DNA of 64,000 nucleotides from NCBI GenBank assembly GCA_964016885.1, contig OZ024742.1, positions 62,186,001-62,250,000 of the forward strand. The letters are read 5' to 3'. The position numbers and the translations under genes are program-made. Origin of the DNA: Eledone cirrhosa. Taxonomy: Eukaryota. Positions 56,312 to 64,000 of the stretch are shown here, piece by piece (the stretch's first letter is position 1; the number at the start of each line of letters is the position of its first letter). The notes below the pieces were generated by a model. It searched no databases. It was not told the DNA's origin and saw nothing but the letters and a program-made list of their open reading frames with translations.

Positions 56312-57448
56312 ACTTGGGGAGGGTCATATTGTTGTAATAATATTGCCAGAAATAATAACAGAACACATTCACTGTTTGGTTGGTTTTCGCTTCTGTATCT
56401 TCTATATCCCCATAGTTAATTAATTTGGCCATCAATGCTTATCATTGACTGACCAACGGTCAAAAATACAGATATAAATACATATATATATATATAGTCT
56501 AACAAAGTTCTTTCGTTGCACATCTGCAACATCATCAGTGGTACTATTATCATGTTGCCCCTGCTGTATTGTATGTATTGTAGTGTCTACGCCATTTTTA
56601 TTTATCTATTTATTTATTTATCTATCTTTTTCCTCATCTCTGCGCATGCATTTGCGTGTGTGTATAGTGTTTGGTGTGTGTGTTCGCGTTTGGGTGCCTG
56701 TGTTTTGGTTATTGTATTCTATCTTAGTTTACTAGTGTGTGCTTATATGTGTTTGTTGTTATTGTGCTTGTGTATATATTTATTTCTTTATTTCTTTATT
56801 CATATTTCTCTTAAGTCAGTATTGTTTGTTTGGGTGTTGTTATTCCATTCATTTTTTCTGTTTAGCTTTGGCCTTCTAAGCTCTATTTCGCTTGCCTCTC
56901 TGATTTGCCTACCTGCTGGGTCATTTCTATGTTTAGATATTATTTTAAGTCTTAGTTTATTAGTGTGTGTTTATATGTGTTTGTTGTTATATATACACAA
57001 GCACAATAACAACAAACACATATAAACACACATTAATAAACTAAGATAGACTGCAATAATCAACACACAGTCACCCAAACGCGAACACACACACCAAACA
57101 CTATACACACACGCAAACGCATGCGCAGAGACGAGGACAAAAATAGATAAATAAATAAATAGATAAATAAAAATGGCGTAGACACTACAATACGTACAAT
57201 ACAGTAGGGGGAAACATGATAATAGTACCACTGATGATGTTGCAGATGTGCAATGAAAGAACTTTGTTAGACTATATATATATATATTTATATCTGTATT
57301 TTTGACCGTTGGTCAGTCAATGATAAACATTGATGGCCAAATGATGGGAATATAAAAGATACAGAAGCGAAAACTAACCAAGCAGTGAGTGTGTTCTGTT
57401 ATTATTTCTGGCAATATTATTACAACAATATGACCCTCCCCACATATA
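56312..57448. mobile_element. Heavily 5'-truncated Neptune-like PLE with inverted pseudo-LTRs
   Basis: Arms about 56312-56775 and 56990-57448; minus 56840-56945 reads IISKHRNDPAGRQIREASEIELRRPKLNRKNEW (GIY-YIG C-terminus); HHR motifs at 57222-57275 (+) and 56494-56547 (-). Confidence 0.75.
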
Positions 57449-58243
57449 TAGGGAAAAGGAGGATGTTGCAGACATTGGCTGCAATATTCTCCTTTTCCCC
57501 ACTTGCCGAACAAAATAGAGGAAACCTCAGCTAACATAGGTAGATGTAACTCTTTCCTTTTCTTTTTTTTTCTTCTTCCCTATATCTCTTCCTATCACTT
57601 CCTTCCACTCCCTATGCTCTTCCTTTTCCTGTTTCCCTTTTCGCCTACCCCGAGGCAGCCCATCGGGCTTTTGTAGCCTAAGTACCCCCACCCCAGTAAA
57701 TTATATATAGCATTGGCCGTAAACGCAATACCAACTAAATATAGCAGCTGTTTTAGACTCTAGAGATTTTAAAATTAATTTTTACTATTCAATTTTATAA
57801 TTTTTTATTTATTTAGTATCTTCTAATCTCAATTTATTAACCTATAGCATTGGTCGAAAACACAATACCAACTAAATATAGCGGCTGTTTTAGACTCTAG
57901 AGATTTTTTATTACATTTTACTATCCAATTTTATAATTTTATATATTTTTTTATTTACTTATTATCTTCTAATCTCATTTCTTTAACCTATTCTATAACG
58001 TCCCCTCTCTATTTTCTCCAGAATCCTTTTTCGCCCGCTTCCTATCTAGCCTAATGTCATACACACTCCTTAGAATTTACTGTATAGAATTCACTTTCAA
58101 CGCTTGACCGGCTCCACCCACTCCCTCATTGTTCTACAGGCAAGTTCACCCCCCCCCAACCACTGCCATGAAAGATTTAACGGTGTTTACAAGAAATTTT
58201 GACCAATCCTTTAGACAACTACAATCTTCCCATATAAGGAATT

Positions 58244-58339
58244 ACCCCTTGAAAAGTTCGGCTAATTATTTATCACCCTAAAAATTCTAATTTAATCCAG
58301 AAATAGCCGTCGAAACGGCTTGAGCTCTGCCGTCGGGGT
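58244..58339 (+). ncRNA. Type I hammerhead, U3-A8 variant
   Basis: ACCCC TTGAAAA GTTCGGCTA..TAGCCGTC GAAA CGGC TTGAGCTCT GCCG TC GGGGT. Confidence 0.7.
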
Positions 58340-58443
58340 TAAATATTTTCCTATTACCCATTCTACTACCCTAAGTATTGAGTACTCTGGTGCGTTATGA
58401 TACATCTGGTTCCTTACCAAACCTCCGTTATATATATATATAT

Positions 58444-58519
<76 letters not shown>

Positions 58520-58522
<3 letters not shown>

Positions 58523-61500
58523 GTAATAATAATAAATGTGAAGACACGTGCATACGCGAAAACACACGCCATGCATGCATATACATGCACGTACACATAA
58601 ACACGCGCACATGTACGTAAACCCGCGCGACACATGTAAACCCGCACACATACGGATGTATACACCAAATACACATATAAAAATATATGTGTGTGTGTGT
58701 GTATACATATAATTATATAAACGTATATAAGTATACACACATAAATATGTATATAACGCACACACACACATAGCTACAGGTAAATACACATATGTTCACC
58801 AAACGTACATATACCAAAACCCAATGTACACATAAACGCATCTTACATACGTGCAAACACGCATACAGGTATACAAATATATACGCACAGGCTCGAAATA
58901 CACATATATACATAACCATATACTCACATACCAGTATATATAATATATACACCTATAACAAATACAGAGAAAGTATACGTACCTCCACAAAACATACGGA
59001 TAATGTATACTTACCTATACAAATAAGTAATGGTATAAACATAAAATATACTTAGCTACCACATCAAGACGTAAATTATCCGCATATTGTTCGTACTATC
59101 CGTTCGGGTATAAGTTTTATGTAATTTGTGTTTACAAGCCGAAATTGCCTTATATTTTGTTTAAGATGTAATTATTAGCGTAGAGTATTTCCAGGGCTTC
59201 AGCAGCGCAAAGATCACATGGTCTTTTATTTCCGTTATACGATCTATCTTTAGCTAGGATCTCCCAGTGTAACCTATATTGGGTGTGGTTGTCTTTTAGA
59301 CTCCAGATATAAGCTGAAAGTGACTTCATATTCCTTCTTAAAGAGTTAAGAAAAGAATGAGTGTGCACGTAAAGACGCTGGTTGAATCTATTGGCGGTTA
59401 ACCCTATCTAGGCCCTACTAGAGGTGGGTGTTTCGACCTTACATTTGTAGACAATGTTACTGGAGAGGCATTTCCCGGATAGAGGAGGCAGTCAACCCGA
59501 TTCCTACAATTACAGTTAGTACTATCTACAGGGTTTACGTACGTGTGCGCGTGTATATGCATTGAGTGTGTTTTCGCGTATGTATGTTTTCGCGTACGTG
59601 TGCGCATGTATATGCATTTAGTGTGTTTTCGCGTATGTATGTGTATGATGTACGTATATAGATGTGTGTATGTATATATTTATTATTACTGTTATGATTT
59701 TAATAACCTCTGTCATTTTCGTTCGACTAATTTATTTACATTATTCTTAACTCCGAAGCCGAGAATCATTCGGTTTCCTAAATAGGAAATTAGTTTAATG
59801 ACTCAATTTATACCATAAACGTGGTTTTGTCTTTGCGTGTATTTGTTCTCCACGCTCCACATAACGACGTATTATCTTCGTCTTTACCGTTCATTGCCAG
59901 GGAGCGTCTTCACGTACCAAAGTATAGTCTTCCTGTTTTCCTTCGGTTGCAACGTTTTTCGAAAAATTTACTTCTGCGTTCACAGATTGATTTCTTTAGT
60001 TTCAGAAGATCGCGTTAAAGGTGAAAACAGCGATTCTTTGCTTAAATCTTAATCTGTTATTGTAATAAATACTTGCGCTAGGGTTCTTATATATTTGATA
60101 TATATTTATCATTATCAAGCCCTCTTTGGATTTTAGTCTTCACATTTATTATAATTACAATTTGGCCCCTCGGTTGAGCACTCTATTGACTTATATTTAA
60201 CATGCAGAAACAACACCTGGATATTTCTACAAAGAACATACCCATACCTAGCAGGAAGACATATTTAAAACTTCTTATGCAAAAAACGGATTCGTTCCTT
60301 AAAAGGTTGCGTTGGTGCACCTTTTATTTCGATAACCAGGAAATGCGTACAATAAACAGGATACATTTGGGTTTAGGAGTTACAATAACCCTCCGAGTAA
60401 CCTAGCCTTGTTATCCTTCGAAAACGATGTCTTGGAACTCATACGGAGTATCAAATTTCGGAACAGGAGCAATTCCTTCCAACAGGACCTGAAGAATAGA
60501 TGGTTCTATTAAGGAGTCTAATGCCGTGCCCGTCGACTCCGACAAAACTGGTAATCTGTATCAAGTGGAGCGCAGTACTTACCATCAACTGCTACATAAT
60601 GCTGCAACCAAGGATTACCGGAAAACCGATCGGAGTGTCATTAATGATATCAACGATGTTGGATTTAAAATCACTTCAGAACTCAACATCCAGGACCGGA
60701 CCTAACCTCTCGACCCTATTTCTCCCCACTTTAGACTGAAGGATCACAAACCCAATTTCGCTAACAACCCTTCTATTCGGCTAATTAACCATACGAAGTC
60801 TGATTTAGGTAAACTTAGTAAAAGGATTTTAGATAGAATTATACCTGAAATTAGAAGCTTGGCCCCTCTTGCACTGTGGAACAATTCTTTCGCGGTGATT
60901 GATTGGTTCAATAGCATATGCAACAAGGTACATTGACGTTTTATCCAATTCGACATCAATAACTACTACTCCTCCATCACTTTACCACTTCTTCTTAGAG
61001 CTATCAATTTCGCTAAAACGTTCACGGTGGTTAAGGATTTCGAAGTTGATGTCATCCTCAATGCCCGTAAGTCGGTGATTAATTTCGATGACTATTTGGA
61101 TAAAAATATCTAATAGTACCCCATTCGACGTGAGTATGGGCGCCAGTGATTCTGCGGAGGTTACATATCTTATCGGCCTTTTCCTTCTTTTATCTATCAT
61201 AGAAGAATTCCCTAATGTGGGCGGTGGTTTGTACCACCATGACGGTTTGTACCACCATGACAAAGTGTGGTCCCCACGCTTGCGACAGGTTTAGAAAAGA
61301 ACCCACAGCCTTCTTTAAAGGCTTCAACCTCTCCATACAAGTTGAGTACAACCTTTCGGCCGTAAACTACCTCGACGTTACCCTCAATTTGTCGAATGGC
61401 TTGCACTACCCGTATAGAAAGCCGAATGATACGCTTAATTACATCAGTAAGCATTCTAACCATCCTGCCAGCATAACCAAGAGCCTGGTAAGAAACGTTT

Positions 61501-63478
61501 CTTTGAGGCTTTCCCGTCTATCTACAAACGAGCATCTTTTCACCAACCATTCCATATATAACAATGAAGCCTTTGCTCGGAGTGGATTTGTCGATAAGGT
61601 AGCATATACTAAGTATGAACATAAACCTAGGAAAAATAGATCCCGACACATTATATGGTATAACCCATCATATAATATGGAGGTGGCCACACCATTAGCT
61701 AAGATCTTTCTCTCCCTTATTAAGTAGAATTTCCCCTCAGCACATAAATATAATAACATTTTAAATAGAATTACCGTTAACGTATCTTACTCCATGATTC
61801 CTAATATAACATGACTTTGCATATAACATCACTGCTTCAAATTGAGCTAAATTACCTAGCCGTAGTAACACATGCAATACTGTAGCTAGTACTAACTGTA
61901 ATTGTAGGAATCGGGTTGACTATCCGGGAAATGCCTCTCCAGGAACATTGTCTACAAGCGTAAGGTCGAAACACCCACGTCTAGTAGGGACTACATAGGG
62001 TTAACCGCCAATAGATTCAAGCAGCGTCTTTACATGCACACCAATTCTTTTCTTAACTCTTTAAGACGTCACTTTCAGCTTATATCTAGAGTCTAAAAGA
62101 CAACCGCACCCAATATAGGTTACACTGGGAGATCCTAGCTAAAGATAGATCGTATACCGGAAATAAAAGACCATGTGATCTTTGCGCCGCGGAAGCCCTG
62201 GAAATACTCTACGCTAATGATCACTTCTTAAACAAAAAATCTGAGGCAATTTCGGCTTGTAAACACAAATTGCATAACACTTTCCTGTATTACAGCCCCA
62301 CATTATACCCTAACAGATAGTATGAACAATACGCGGATAATTTACGTCTTGATGTGGTAGCTAAGTATATTTTATGTTTATACTATTACTTATTTGTATA
62401 GGTAAGTATAACTTACCCGTATGTTTTGTGGAGGTACGTATACTTTCACGTACGTATATATGCTTGTATTTGTTATAGGTGTATATATTATACACTGGTA
62501 TGCGTGTATATGGTTATGAATATATGTGTATTTCGTGTTTGTGCGTGTATATTTGTATGCCTGTATGCGTGTTTGCACGTATGTAAGGTGTGTTTATGTG
62601 TATATTAGGTTTTGGTATATGTATGTTGGTGAACATATGTGTATTTACCTGTAGGTATGTGTGTATGTGCGTTATATACATATTTATGTGTGTATACTTA
62701 TATACGTTTATATAATTATATGTATACATACACACACACATAAACACACACACATACATATATTTTTATATGTGTATTCGGTGTATACGTCCATATGTGT
62801 GCGGGTACATGTGTTGCGCGGGTTTACGTACGTGTGCGCATGTTTATGTGTACGTGTATGTATATGCATGCATGGCGTGTATTTTCGCGTATGCACGTGT
62901 ATGTACGTATATAGATGTTTGTATGTATATATTTATTATTACTTTTATGATTTTAATAACCTCTGTCATTTTCGTTCTACTAATTCATTTAAATTATTGG
63001 CAGTATCGGTAGAGGGTCGGACGCCATGCTTTCTAGCATAGTTACGTCTCTTTACGGTCTGAGTTCAAATCCCCTCGAGGTTAACTTTGCCTTTCATCCT
63101 TACGGGGTCGATAAAATAAAGTACCAGTAATGTACTGAGTAATTGCTGGCCTTGTGCCAAAAGTAGAAACAATTATTCTTAACTCCGAAGCCGAGAATCA
63201 TTCGGTTTCCTAAATAGAATATTAGTCTAATGACTAATACCATAAACGTGGTTTTGTCTTTGCGTGTATTTGTTCTCACGCTCCACATAACAACATATTA
63301 TCTTTTTACCGTTCATTGCCAGGGAGCGTCTTTACGAACCAAAATATCGTCTTCCTGTTTTCCTTCGGTTGCAACGTTTTTCGAAATATTTACTTCTTCG
63401 TTCACAGATTGATTTTTTTAGTTTCAGAAGATCCCATTAAGTAGCGATTCTTTGCTTAAACTTTAATCTGTTATTTTA
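58520..63478 (+). mobile_element. Near full-length decayed Naiad-like PLE: inverted 3' copy, 5' pseudo-LTR, broken ORF (60202 to about 62320), 3' pseudo-LTR
   Basis: STKNIP N-terminus, DKTGNLY, FIQFDI, FDVSMGASDSAEV, NYLDVTL, CNCRNRVD, GIY-YIG; pseudo-LTR direct repeats about 59650-60060 and 62890-63475; SINE inserted at 62996-63177. Confidence 0.92.
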
Positions 63479-63479
63479 A

Positions 63480-64000
63480 TATATATATAAACAGTTGACA
63501 GCTTCTGCTACCTAGATGACTGAATTAGCAGTGGAGGTGGGTGTTCTGAGAGTACAGTAGTCAAGGTAAGTACGGGATGGAAGTTCAGGGAGGTACTACC
63601 ACTACTAGCTGCGAAAGAATTTTCCCTCAAAATTAAAGGCAGACTGTATGCTGCGTGCATACGAACAACAATGTTACATGGTAGTGAGACCTGGGCGTTG
63701 TGTGAAGAAGACTTGTTTAAATTAGAAAGAAACAAAGCTTACATGCTCTGATGGATGTATAATAGTAATATACGCAAACGGCAAAGCATAATCGAATTGA
63801 GAGAGAGGAGGACTAAGCATAAGAGGAATCAAATGCTGTGTGCAGGAGAGGAGGTTGCGTTGGTATGGACATGTGGTGCGCATGAAGGATGACAGTTGCA
63901 TAAAATGGTGCAGAGCACTAAATGTCAATGGAAGCCTTGGAGTGGGAAGACCCAAGAAGACCTGGCATGAGGTGATAAAAGCTTACCTTGCCCAGTTGTA
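63480..64000 (+). mobile_element. RTE LINE 3' fragment
   Basis: GWKFREVLPLL..KGRLYAACIRTTMLHGSETW..RLRWYGHVVRM. Confidence 0.88.

Noticed and set aside
60934-60936. In-frame TGA at a possible Cys position in the Naiad-like RT (selenocysteine is reported for some Naiads)
   Set aside because: The copy has many stops and frameshifts, zinc-ligand Cys codons are TGT/TGC, and no SECIS was recognised

Overview
AT-rich, microsatellite-dense eukaryotic DNA. The SINE family and repeat mix suggest a cephalopod mollusc such as Octopus (inference). Most ORF-track entries are microsatellite artefacts. The window is dominated by decayed transposable elements: Penelope-like elements (PLEs, RT plus GIY-YIG), RTE, R4/Dong and CRE-type non-LTR elements, a Gypsy pol remnant, Helitron pieces, a hAT-like transposase relic, a MITE and about 10 tRNA-derived SINEs. 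Host-gene signal is limited to a signal-peptide plus PAN/apple gene (two exons), probable 3' exons of an upstream paralog, a small secreted-type ORF and a likely beta-microseminoprotein-like pseudogene. The main finding is a dozen or more sequence-unrelated type I hammerhead ribozyme (HHR) families, read by eye and mostly sitting between or next to (TA)n tracts. They include non-coding tandem units of 526 bp and 319 bp with one HHR per unit (retrozyme-like, predicted to give unit-length or circular RNAs) and several family-fixed catalytic-core variants. All structure and family calls are manual and need computational confirmation.
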